Origin: Toensbergia leucococca
Taxonomy: Eukaryota
NCBI GenBank assembly: GCA_022813965.1
Contig: JALDZS010000060.1
Span: 62,001-124,590, forward strand
DNA: 62,590 nt
Direction: 5' to 3'
This document shows, piece by piece, positions 48,823 through 60,320 of this stretch (the first letter of the stretch is position 1; the number at the start of each line of letters is the position of its first letter). Both the position numbers and the translations under genes were made by a program. The notes under the pieces are model-generated. The model did not search any database. It saw nothing but the letters and a program-made list of their open reading frames with translations, and was not told the DNA's origin.

Positions 48823-49976
48823 ATGCACCATTTCACCGCTTTTAGTCTCGTTGTTTCAATCATTGCAGTATCATTGCACTCCTCATTAGCTTTAGTGGAG
48901 CCTGTTTGCAATATATACTTTGGTCGACCACAGCTAGGTTCCTGCCAGGCGCTGTTAACGGAAATGTATATGTTTGACCGCACCAGTCGTCTCTTCTCAT
49001 ATCCTCATATCGCCCGGCCGTTTGGTGTCAGACTCATGCAATGGATATCAAGAGTCTCTCTCCCAATCTTTCACGGAAATGGTGCGTAGAGCTTAAACCT
49101 TCATTCCTAGAAAAGGCGATCAACCTGTGAGTATCTTACATATATCACCAGCTGGTTGCAAACTAGCTTTAATGCCGGCTTTCACCTCGGGTCAAGATGT
49201 AGAATACAACTTGATTTATGATACAGCCTACTGGGCACGCATTGCAGACGGGGGAATTTTGATCAAAAATCGATGCCTCATACCAACAAATAACCCATCA
49301 GGAGGAAGCATATTAGTTGGTGAGTGAAATGGCGATAACGTTACTAGTTCTTCCCTGGCTAACAGCATATACGTGCGTCTTAGGGGACCTTCAAGGGCTC
49401 GCCCTCATACTCTATCAACCTGGCTCCGGGTATGACGACGAAGTCAAGGCAGATAGGGCTGCAGGAAGTTTGATTGGATTTCAGAAACCTGCAGGCGCGC
49501 CCGCAACATATTTTGGCCACCCTGTCCCCGATCCCGCGGGTGTTACTTCTCCAGGAACGCAGAACAAGCCAAATACTGGTCCCTTGTGTGGCGAATATTG
49601 CTGGGGGCCCGTCAATCTCTGCACCGGCGACGATGGTTGCAAGTGCATCGCAGATCCCTGGCAAGGAACCGGAAGTGGATACTTTACTGGATCATGCAAA
49701 CTTCCATACTCAGCACAAGATAGCGGGCGTGAGTTGAATGAGGTTCTTCTCAACTCGACAAGTCCCATAGCGTCAAGTCCCGCCGGTGAGATGGAAGCAC
49801 TACCGGAATCAACGTTGGCATGTCCGTGTAACTGTACTTATGTCTCAAATGCATGTTGCTTATCCGCTTCCGGGGTTGTATTTGAAGCACCTGGGCTGAA
49901 GATGGGCGTACTTCAACCACCAGATAATTCTACCTTTTGCAATCCTGCTACCGGAAAGTTCCAAACCCGGAGGTAG
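48823..49976 (+). CDS. Secreted Cys-rich protein, possible Ecp2/KP4-like N-domain plus Cys-rich C-domains
   Basis: Exons 48823-49081, 49152-49319, 49384-49976 (phase-1 introns GTGCGT...CAG and GTGAGT...GCTAAC...TAG). Signal peptide; C..YFGRP...SC.ALL...LP...GC...DTAYW..I...I.NRC...GG pattern; CGEYCWGP..LC...GCKC; CPCNCTYVSNACC. Confidence 0.82.
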
Positions 49977-50164
49977 GGAGGTAGTCTGTCTTGTACTCTA
50001 TCTACTCTATCACCACTCGCGTTCCTCAGGCTTCAGATTTCCGCCTAATCCTATTTTAAATCTTGAAATACTTCAAAGTCTCCAAGGGAGTGAATATTTG
50101 TATGTTGAGCCTGTACATTTAAAACACAGAAGAATAAAAGCGTTAGCTGTGGTTTCACTTGTGA

Positions 50165-51628
50165 AATTGCAGGCACTCAATTGGGGCGATCGACAGCCTA
50201 AGTAAATTTCAATTCCGGGCTGTGAATTTGATTGCGAGGGTCAATAGGTTTCAATTGCGGGCAGCTGAAGCTGGCAATTATCTTCTTTCTCATTACTTTT
50301 CAGATGATTGATTGTTTGCTATTCTGGCATCACATACGAATCAGAACCTAACACCTGACAATTATCCTCCTTTAATACTAAGCTAGTAGAACCTACGAAT
50401 CAAAGTATCTAAATCATAAGGAGATCGATCAACGCCGGGGTCAAAAACTCAGAACATGACCGTCATTAAGGAAGAAGAACTACGCGATGAAGCCCTTGAT
50501 TCTCTACAGCAATAGGATTGAATCAGACGCCTACAAATCTACAATCCTATGGGCCAAAGACACTATGAGCCATAAGAATGCCGTCGTGATTTAAAGGTCA
50601 AAGACTTGGAAAATGACGCGACCGACAGAAAGGCAGAAGACTATTTGACGGAGTCATTGACCCTTCACAGCCTAGAACACAAGACCAAGGTAACAAGACA
50701 TGAATGAAAAGACCAAGACCTGAAACCAAAAGATCGGATCAACAAGCTCTGGATAAGAAGACTTGAAATCAGAATCAAAGACTTAGAATGCGAACTGCCA
50801 CCTACAACAAAAGATCCCAAAAAAGCATTTGAATATCCCCAGCGACAGGACTCAGCTGCACGCCGAGAAAATGCAAGGCTCTTAAAATCGCGTGATCAGA
50901 TGAATGAAAGGCCTACTCGATAGAGCAATCGACCTTCCACATTCTACTGAAAGGCGACTTATAAGAATTGAAAATATTCATTAAACAGCAGGAAAGATGA
51001 AAAGATAAGAAAAGGGGACAGGCTAGAATGAATATGACCGAGACACTTATACTTTTACCAACACAGTGAGTTTGAAACGATGGATACCCTACCCTACCCT
51101 AAGAACAAGACACCTGACCAGCTGGGTTCAGAACCTAGGATAAGCCAAAAAAAAAAACGGCCCTTTACCGCCCGCGTGACCCAAACCAGACGATACACCT
51201 CAATCTGAAACCACCCAGCCAGATAAGTCAAACGAACAAGAAATATCAAGACTGAAAAACAGAATCATGAATAACAAAGCCTCAACCCCACAAGAGTCAC
51301 AAGAGTCCAAGATAAAAAAAATGGGCATTTGGCCTGACCAAAGCATGCTAGGAACACCCTGAATGGACTTTTCCTTTTTAACAATTCAAAATGAACCAAG
51401 ATATGGCAATCTCTTTAAGCCGAGATTGAGGTGGTGTCGCCTGTGAGTTGAGGGGTTTTTTTGTTGTGTTTGGTTTTGTGTTTTTGCGGGTGGAGAGAAT
51501 TGAGCGTGAGCTTTAGAATAGGTACGGTGGAGAACAAAGGAACCGCGTGTGTGACTTTTTTTTTTTTAAGACTATGAGCTGCTTGCAATTAAATTTTACT
51601 TAGGCTATCAACGGCCTGCAATTGAAAC
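50165..51628. mobile_element. Degenerate ~1.45-kb element bounded by imperfect inverted repeats
   Basis: 50178-50215 (CAATTGGGGCGATCGACAGCCTAAGTAAATTTCAATT) matches the reverse complement of 51583-51628 (CAATTGCAGGCCGTTGATAGCCTAAGTAAAATTTAATT). No transposase or target-site duplication recognised. Confidence 0.5.
50456..50923 (+). pseudogene. Decayed coiled-coil ORF inside the inverted repeats
   Basis: One frame reads MTVIKEEELRDEALDSLQQ*D*IRRL...LKVKDLEND...HE*KD...IRRLEIRIKDLECEL with four internal stops (TAG, TGA, TAA, TGA), each one C-to-T change from a Gln or Arg codon. Confidence 0.55.
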
Positions 51629-51754
51629 AAGGGTTCACTATTTGTAAAGACAGCGCGTCGAGTCAGCGATCAATCAGAGAATCAAGGGACTTGTACAGCT
51701 TAATATTCAACGCCTGGTACTTACGATGCTAGAACTATACAAAGGTACAATCAC

Positions 51755-52801
51755 CTATCCAGACGCCTTTTTGTACGTCTCCGAGGAAACATCAATCACG
51801 ATCTTTCCTCTTGCCCTACCGGTCTTCAATTTCTCAAACGCTTGCGGCGCTTGCTCAAATGGAAATCGCTGATCAACCACCGCCTTGACTTTGCCCATGC
51901 GCATCCACTCCCCAATCTGCTGAAAGTCTTCCGGCTTTCGCTGGGGCCAGAACCCCACCACCTTGCCCTTTATCCCGCCGAGAAAGCCAGGCAAGACCGT
52001 TCGTTTCAGAGTATCAGCCAAGTTCGCAAATGTAGGCTCTCCTCCGACCATGATGTAGACGGCTCCGGGCTGCATGTACTCATGACAGTGCCACACCAGC
52101 TCCTTGTTATTTCCCACGTTATCGACAGCATGATCGAATTTGTGTCCGCTCGCGTTCAGAGCTCTGTTGACGCTCTCCTTCTTGTAATCCACAACCTTGT
52201 CCGCACCGAGGCTCTTGCAGAATTCCACATTCGTTGTCGAGCAAGTCGTCGTGACGTGACATCCCATGGCTTTGGCAATCTGGATGCCAAATACACCGGT
52301 CCCACCTGAACCACCATTGATGAAGATCTTGTCGCCATCTTTGACTTGTGGCGCAATGGACTGATATGCCGTCAATGCTGCTACACCGACAGTCGCAGCA
52401 TCGATAGCGTCAACACCATCTGGCAGAGCGACCGTGCCATTGGTGTTGGAGACAGAGAACTCGGAGAGCGCACCACCAGCTAAAGGCGAACTGCCGCACA
52501 CGCCAAACACGAGCTGGCCGGCTTTGAGGGGAGAGCCGGGCGCTGGTGTGACAATGGAGCCGGCGAAGTCGATACCAGGCGTCGCTGGTTTGGTGATTGC
52601 GAAAAGGGCGACACCAGGGATCTCGGCAGGTTTGTAATCAACGGGGTTCAGAGCTGTAGCGATGACCTGGACTAGGTGTTGGTCTGACTTGGGCTTTGGT
52701 AATGGGGCTGAGGGGTTGATCTTGAGGTTTTTTTCGAGGCCGCCTGTGGTACTCGAGTACTGCCACGCCCTCATAATTGATGGTGGGAATGATCCCGTCA
52801 T
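51755..52801 (-). CDS. Medium-chain dehydrogenase/reductase, NADPH:quinone/enoyl-reductase type (RTN4IP1/AST1-like)
   Basis: Start taken at ATG 52801 (MTGSFPPSIMRAWQY); ATALNPVDYK, PGIDFAG, IFINGGSGGTG, SLGADKVVDYK, AFEKLKTGRARGKIVI; no Zn-ligand Cys/His set seen. Confidence 0.93.
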   Translation of the reverse strand: MTGSFPPSIMRAWQYSSTTGGLEKNLKINPSAPLPKPKSDQHLVQVIATALNPVDYKPAEIPGVALFAITKPATPGIDFAGSIVTPAPGSPLKAGQLVFGVCGSSPLAGGALSEFSVSNTNGTVALPDGVDAIDAATVGVAALTAYQSIAPQVKDGDKIFINGGSGGTGVFGIQIAKAMGCHVTTTCSTTNVEFCKSLGADKVVDYKKESVNRALNASGHKFDHAVDNVGNNKELVWHCHEYMQPGAVYIMVGGEPTFANLADTLKRTVLPGFLGGIKGKVVGFWPQRKPEDFQQIGEWMRMGKVKAVVDQRFPFEQAPQAFEKLKTGRARGKIVIDVSSETYKKASG

Positions 52802-53374
52802 TGTGATAGTTTTGGCGCGAGTATAAGCTACACTCCTCCTGGGTAAGCAATGGTTCAGTGACAGTTGATTTAACCTGTATTTAGCCACGTCCGAGGGTCG
52901 GTATTTTAGCCTTGAGGACGTCTTGAGGCAGTTCGGGTTCAACTACGTCGGAAGGCCTTTGTCAAATAATCCACCTGCACACACGTACTAGGCACTGAGA
53001 CGAGAGAGTAAATTGATTTTAAATCCAGCTAGAGAAAATGGACCGAATGTCTGTAGTCTGAAGATCTGAACAGGGATTCAGTGGGACTTGGACTCCTGAT
53101 ATAGAATATTAGCTACGCATACGTCTCTATTTTGTTATTTGCCGTTACTTCGTTGCAATTCAATGTCTCATGACAGAAACCTCGAAAGAGCACGAGAAAA
53201 GAGCATCCGCGTCTCGTTGCTATAAGCTAAATACTCGTACAGTATGACGTCATACGAACAATCGCCAAAGAACCGTAGGACTTACTTATTTCCTAAAGGT
53301 ACAGATTCACTCCCGACACCATTGAGACTCGCTCCCCTTCCCCTCCCAAACAGGCCTCCGCTCTCCATTCGATC

Positions 53375-54019
53375 ATGCGCCTCATCCCCGCCCGCCTCAT
53401 CCCCCTCCCCATCCCTCCTCGGCCACTACATCTCCGCCACCTCCACCCCTCCCCCCACCACCACCATCCTCAACCTCCCACCCAACAACCCTCCTCCTCC
53501 GACTACTACTCCCTCCTCCTATCCACCCCGCTCCCAGACCCAGCCCCCACAACAACCCTCCCCTCACCCCTCACAGCCACAAAACCCACCTCCACCCCGC
53601 CAAAACCCCAAATCATCTTCTCCTCCTCCGCCGCCGACCGTCGGCGCCAACAACGCCGCCATCATCCCTCCCCCCCCACCACCACCTCCTCTCTCGCATC
53701 CGCATCATCATCATCATCCCTGACGAACGAAGCGATAGCGGATACGCGGCCCGAGGAGCCGGATAATTGCTGCATGAGCGGGTGCGTGAATTGTGTCTGG
53801 GATGCGTATCGGGAGGAGGTGGAGGAGTGGGCGGCGGGGAGGAAAAAAGGGGTGGTGTTGGGGAGGGAGGAGAGTGGAGGGGGCGTTGGGAGGGGAGGGG
53901 AAGGAGGGGAAGGGGGGGAGGAGGAGGAGGGGGGGTTGTGGGAGGGGATACCGGTTGGGATTCGGGCGTTTATGGCTACGGAGAAGAGGCTCAGGGAACG
54001 GAGAGGGGAGGGGGGATGA
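53375..54019 (+). CDS. Oxidoreductase-like domain protein (OXLD1/UPF0651), probably mitochondrial
   Basis: RPEEPDNCCMSGCVNCVWDAYREEVEEW and IPVGIRAFMATEKRL; Arg-rich presequence-like N-terminus. Confidence 0.9.
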   Translation: MRLIPARLIPLPIPPRPLHLRHLHPSPHHHHPQPPTQQPSSSDYYSLLLSTPLPDPAPTTTLPSPLTATKPTSTPPKPQIIFSSSAADRRRQQRRHHPSPPTTTSSLASASSSSSLTNEAIADTRPEEPDNCCMSGCVNCVWDAYREEVEEWAAGRKKGVVLGREESGGGVGRGGEGGEGGEEEEGGLWEGIPVGIRAFMATEKRLRERRGEGG

Positions 54020-54349
54020 TGGCTGGTTTGGGCTGGCTTGGGTGGTGTGAGTATGGTGTGTAGGATCATGGGTATGGGTTTGGGGAACGATGGATAAAGT
54101 GCGGTGAACTCGATTGTGTTTTTTGGGATTATAGCGGACGGCATGGAGGGTTCGAAGTCGGTTCGAATGTGAACACCTTTATCTTGCGTCTTCACGAGCC
54201 GGAATTGGTTTTGCTGTGCTTGAGAGCTAGATCAGCGCGGCCCATGCTTCTGGAGTACCTCATCTAGGTTGATTGCGGGGAGTTGGGTGCGGGAAAGTGA
54301 TGGAGCGGGCGGCGGTCAATTGCCTGTGAATAGCGCAGGCTGAGGATTC

Positions 54350-54435
54350 TTGATTGCGGGCCGTCAGTAGCCGAAGTAGATTTCAATTGCGGGCGGTAAA
54401 TTTGATTGCGGGGGTCTGTAAGTTTCAATCACGGG
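54350..54435 (+). repeat. Third copy of the CAATTG-rich dispersed repeat
   Basis: 54369-54435 aligns ungapped to 50195-50261 at 56/67 positions (hand count). Confidence 0.85.
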
Positions 54436-54892
54436 TGACGCCCAACTAATTACCCTCTACCTTGTTGCAAATCTAGCTGCAGCATTCAGTTCCTCCTAGA
54501 TAAAATAAAATAAAAGGGCAAAGTTGTCTCTATCCCCAAAGTAAACGATCCAAAACCCAAGAAGAAGCAGCAGCAGTAGAGCTGAAAGAAACCAAAGCCT
54601 GACCAGGTCAACTGCGTCGCTGCAATAAACAAATCATGCAGTCGTTTCCATCACCAATCCTAGAATAATCCAAAACTTTGTCTCTGTTGCCAGTCCTTCT
54701 ACCCCAATATATGTTCTCTTACGTGTAACCATCCTGATGCTTACGCCCCTCGTAGTCTAGAATTTCCGTCCCAGGCTCCTGTAAATAGATGTCGACAATT
54801 GCAAAAACTCCGATTCCCTGTATGCTCGTGCATATTTGTGTAAGTCTGTTTGACCCGTTCGAAACGGATCTTGGGGCAAAGTTCAGATCTTG

Positions 54893-57485
54893 TCATTCTT
54901 CGTCCTCCTCTTCGTCTTCGTCCTCATTCTCTGGCGACGGTCCCCTTGTCATTAACTCTAGCATGCTTCGAGGAGACTCTCTACCGCCCAGGAGATTCTC
55001 AAAGACGCCACGTCGGAGAGCGGACATTTCATTGCCCTGTATAGTTTCTGATCAGCTAAAGTTTTTCATGCAGATACCTTCTAGAAGCGGTTTAGCTCGC
55101 AGATGTCCATACGTACTCTGTTTTTTAGCAACTCGCTGATCATGACCAAAGCATTATCCCGATCCTTGACTCTCATGTCTCTCTCTTGCGCTGACCTAGA
55201 CTCGGTCTCCATTCCCTCATCATCTTCTATAGCAGCAGGGCTGCTTTCGCCTCCAATACTCCGTGATCGCCCTTTGATGGTCTCCACTAAAGGCCCAAAC
55301 ACCTCGATCTGATGTAGAATGTCATTGACAGCAGCGCTCCCCTCTCTTGAACGAGCCATCAGGGCCATGGCAAACCATCCTTCCGATCGAACGATTGGCC
55401 ATTGCGATTGAGAGACCATCAGGGAAATTGGCTTGCCAATGTTCGGATGCATCAAGCACAGACGACGCAGGGTTTCGCTCAACATTTGAGGCGTAATAGA
55501 TTGACTGGAGGAGTTGATGCATCTCCAGATTGAGGCAATGGTTCGGGCAATTTCCACTTTGGTCGGCATACTGTCAGAGGTCTCAAAAAGTGACAAGAAT
55601 AAAGAGAGATATGTCTTTTCGTGAGCAGGGCTTTCGGTATCAGGGGACAAGGAGACAAGAAGTCTCTGAACATTGATAAGAGAGCCGTTGATGATTTGAC
55701 GAGTAAGACTGGCGGCACCGTACTGTAGCTGAGGAACAGTGTCCATGGACCACAGACTCGAGACTGCTTCTATGATATCTGCGTCACCAAGTACAGCCTT
55801 GTTCTCAGACGGCAAAGCAAGATTTCGAAGAAAGCCCAAGGTAGAGTGTAATAATTGAACATCTGAGCTCTCTTGCAAGATCTCGATCAGGGATTCGTGA
55901 ACATCAAGTTCTCGGACCATTGGTCGACACACGGCGTCCGAACGCGCAAGATTACCTAGCATAACACATGAACAAATTTGAAGCTGGACCTGAGACGCAG
56001 AGAGCCATGGTAAAAGCGAGCTCATGATGGCAGAGTTAAGGGGATATCTAACAGCAAATTGGGGTATCGCAGAGACGTCGGACAACGCTTCAATCAAGTT
56101 ACTTCGCATGGCAGAGAGCTGTTCCTCTTCTTCTGGATCTCGGACTAGAATCGTAAGATTGGAAACGGACAGAGAAGTGTTGGAAGGATCTTGAGGCGAG
56201 TATGATCGAAGAAATAAGCCAAGAGTGATCCCAAGTAGTCCTTGAGAGATGAACAGCCTCTGGAAACGATCATGTCTAAGATGGGCTCTGGCAGCATCGG
56301 CCAAGGATACGAAATCTTCGACGTCAAGGTTTTCTTTGAAAGCTGCTCGTAGTAGAGTCTGTACAGCATGATCCGGACACGGCTTTGTATCGGCTACAAT
56401 TCTAAGATTAGAAGCTTGGAACATGCAAGGAAAGAGCTATCTAGACTTACGGTGCTCAGCTGCATAGTCCAAGAGACGGCAAACATAGCCCAACAGTCGG
56501 TCGGAATCTAATGAGTCGCTCGTGAGCAGATTGATGACCGCTGGACAGAGATGGTTGATTTTAGCGGCTTCTTGCGCAGGTTCTAATGTGCGTTAGCTAC
56601 TACATCCAAGAGCATTAGAGGTATTCTATCACTTACCGTAATCATCCGAGATATTGTAAATCACAGGTATGGTGAAATCAACCAACAAAGGATCTCGAAG
56701 TTGCTTGATGAGAGAAGGAATGCCGTTTTGAGTGACCACTCGCTCTCTGTTGACATCTGAAGATTTGGCGAGTCAGCTGGTGTAGCAAGGTAAAAATACA
56801 AGATAAAATCAGACCTGTATCAGCACATGAATTGCCAATCAACCGTAGTGCATGCAAGCTCAAGTCATGAGTGATATTGTCCGTAGAAATGACAGCGAGA
56901 AAGAAATCTAATATGCCAGCTTCTCCATATGGAATTCGCCATCCCGCTATGAACTGGTTAGCCTACTCTTGTATGTAAGGATCATAACTTCCTCGTCCTA
57001 ATTCTGATACTTGACTTACATTCTCGGCTTCCATCTGCTAGATTTCTGGCGGCAATGACCAGGAATTCCGATTGACGCCACCACATATGCTCGAGCATCG
57101 TCTTGATCGCCCTTAAGGCTTCAACATCCCGGTATCCACGTCTAGCGGACTCGCGAGCACGTTCAAACACAACATGCACACTGGGGACTCCTGCTCCAAT
57201 TTCTTCGTCTTGTTCCGTGGCACGCTGGAAGATAGCTTCCAGAGCATTGAACATGAGCTCGGGTTTCCGGTCCGCGACGCTAAGCTGGTCTATAGCTTCT
57301 TCGAGGGAAATGTCTGATTGACGTGTTGAGCTTTCAATAGGGCTCGTTGATGCAGAAGGAGTTGCATTCAATGTCTTTGGTGAAGTCTTTGAGCAGTTCG
57401 TACTCGTAGAAGAGAGAGGTACTGTCTTGGGAGACGAAGCACAAGCAGATATAGAGTCATGGTCCTCCATAATTTGGAGAGCCAT
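54893..57485 (-). CDS. Armadillo-repeat protein, SmgGDS/RAP1GDS1 (Bem4-like) family
   Basis: Six exons: LADGSRE|SGWRIPYGEAGILDFFL, HALRLIGNSCADT|DVNRERVV, YNISDDY|EPAQ, CVMLGNLARSDAVC, LGFLRNLALPSENKAVLG, WPIVRSEGWFAMALM; final acidic exon ends TGA 54895-54893. Confidence 0.9.
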
Positions 57486-60035
57486 GCTTCTTTCAGCCCT
57501 AACGGCGTGTAGATCCTATCGACAGTCTATAGAGGCATAGAAAAGATTGCAGAGGCAATGCGAGCTCAGATTAGCATATTTAGTGAGAAAGCCTCGCACT
57601 GCCTGATTTGGATTGACGGAAAGAATTTGGTGGAGGAAGAAGCTAACAGGCCAGATCTTTCCATTGGTCTGGCCTTTGAGAGGAATTTCAAAGCAGAAAG
57701 TGATTCGCCCATGGAGGAAAGTGTCAAAATACATGAGAGTGGCACGTTACGGATACTAGCGGGAGCTTGGATCAAGATGTCTTATATCACGGATTTAGGC
57801 TCTTCATGGCGACTGTTGCATGTCACACCGATGGCAGGAGCAAAATTGAGGAATGGTTTGTATCGAAGGGGGTGTTGGTTTTCGGCAGAAGTTGCTTTGA
57901 TATGATTTATAATGATGTTGGAATTAATAAACGACATGTAAATCCCACCTCCTACCTCACGAGCTTATGTACGACAACAGTCAAATTAATAAAGCTCTTC
58001 CTGTAAGCCAAACCAAATCAAAAGTATAGATAACAACGACGATCCCCTCACGTTTCACTGCTGCTATCGGATTTACTACTACTATCTCCTTGTTAATCTC
58101 CATCAACAAAACAGATACTCTATCGAGGAATGTCTCGGATGTCTTGATCTAGACACCAGACCTTGAAGATCATCAGCACGAGGTACATCCGAGTAGACTG
58201 TCGCATCCTCCAACATTAAGCCACCCGTCACTCTCGTCGTTAATCGCTATTGCCGAGATCTACCACCTCTATTGATCGATTTTCGGTAGGTCTACAAGTG
58301 CACCGCCTAGGAGGCTGAATCTTGATCCCGATTCCGATACCGACTGTCCTTCACTTTCCTCTTCAGTCTCTATTCTACAGCCTTAGGACATATCCGTCGC
58401 CGATGTTCCATTCGATATGCCCCTGATCAGCCATTCCTGACCGGACGAATTGAGGAGAAGGCTTTGAATCCATGAAGATGCTACTAAACGGTCTTGACAA
58501 GGTTTCTGTTGGAACCCCTGGATGATGGATAGGCATCAAACGCATGGCTATGTTGTCCAAGTTTCCAACTTGCACTCGTTGAACTAAGAATAGCAACGAG
58601 TTGGTGGTTGGAAAATGCCACATCGCGTGGCCCGGAACAATATTTGGAAATGCCGACAGGTTTGCGGCTGACCACGCGGTTGCTCCCACCTAATTCCAAT
58701 CGAGACAAGTTCCATTACCTTAATTCAACGAGTCTGAACCGAAGGATCGAAGTCTACTGCTCGTGTGCTCTCAATTTAATGAATAGAGATAGCACGGCAT
58801 AAAACACGTCCCCCAGTCTACGACATTTCCAGACTCAACATTGCTTGCTTCTATTCGCAGAATGCAACTTTCGAAGCTTCAAACCTTATTTCTTTGGACA
58901 CATTTAAGCAACTCGTGAGGGAACGAAAAGCTCGAGCAGGAATTATATCCGGAATCATCCTTGCAGGTTGGGAAAATGTTCGCCATGTCGGAAGTCAAAA
59001 TCAGATCTAAATGCCGAGCAGGATCATTATCATAGCCATCGGCGCACAGCCGCTCCTTCAATGAGGGTACCTTGCGGGAAGGACTGCAATGATGACGCAA
59101 AACATCCTTGATTTAGGCATGACACACCCTCAATCTAGGACTGGAGACATGTCTAGCGTGGGGAAGCGGAGGCGCTATGACAGCGTCAACCTTGAATCTT
59201 TCTATCAATAGCACTTTTCATACTAACAAGCATATTTGAGACATTCTAACTAATAAGGAGAAAGCTTGGATGTCAAAGTCTTCCCATTCAACAAAGGTTC
59301 TCGATCGAAGCCCTGTCTCCTCGACCAGAGTCATATCAAAATGGTCTTTAGAAGGCTTTTTGAGATCGAATTTCGACAGGTCTCTTCTCCTAGTCCTACC
59401 TTCTCCAAAATGACGACGGGAGAAAGTCAAGAATTTGCATCTTCAGCGGGTTCCAAATCATCGAGGGCAACTGAAAAGAACCTTGTTCTTCCGGCCCTCA
59501 TCACGTCAAGAAAAAAGCAACCGATCACCCTCCGGAACCGCCGTTATTTTAGCAAATCCTCGTTTGACAAAAAATGCATTTCTCACCAATTTTTCTCTCA
59601 GCTTCTTTCATACCCTATTCAGCTATGACCACAGAACAGCAACATCACCTCCACGCCATTGAACATGAACCGTAGAATATCACATCAGAAACCGCGCACA
59701 CCATGACTCAGAGAACCAACCTACCCCATCTCTGAAGCTCTAAGCTCAAAGCAAAGAATCAATCTATCGCATCTTCAAAGCTCAAAGCTCAAAGCTCAAA
59801 GCAAAGAGAGCTGCAGGCGTCACTAAGGTCTTTTTCTTCTATCAATAAAATAAACATTCAACAAACGCTCATCTCAAACGTTCAAACACTTCATTCAGCA
59901 CAAGCACAAAAGCTTAAAGATCATCAAACACAGCAGTCTGTACTTACAACTTCAGGAAAACCTCACTTTTATCTCAACTTCTTCTGCTCAAAAGCTGATT
60001 AACTCTCACATCAAACTTAACTTCCTTTCTTCCCT

Positions 60036-60320
60036 CTTAAATCAACGCAAAACAAAACTCTATATCCCTCACTCCCTTTCTCAAACCTCTATTTCTCATC
60101 ATCTTCACCTTTATCTTACCTTGCCCTTCTTTACTTTCTCTCCCTCAAAAGCTGATGCATCTCTCACATCAAATCTCTCTTAAATCAGTGCAAATCAAAC
60201 TCTCTATCTCTCACTTTCTCTCTCTCACATCTTCACCTTCATCTATCTCTCACTTCTTCTCTCATCTCACACTCTCATCTTCACCTCACTTAAATCAACG
60301 CAAACAAAACTCTCTACTCT
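60036..60320 (+). repeat. Degenerate direct repeat (three copies of CTTAAATCA(AC/GT)GCAAA..AAACTCT) in G-poor low-complexity DNA
   Basis: Copies near 60036, 60179 and 60289; also (AAAGCTC)n at about 59777-59801. Confidence 0.7.

Noticed and set aside
15557..52801. Secondary-metabolite cluster (MFS transporter + enoyl-reductase-like gene)
   Set aside because: The genes are 35 kb apart among housekeeping genes; no PKS, NRPS, terpene synthase or cluster transcription factor is present.
57558..59700. Short ORFs between the SmgGDS-like gene and RPL1
   Set aside because: Fragmentary, multiple stops in all frames tried, no family signal.
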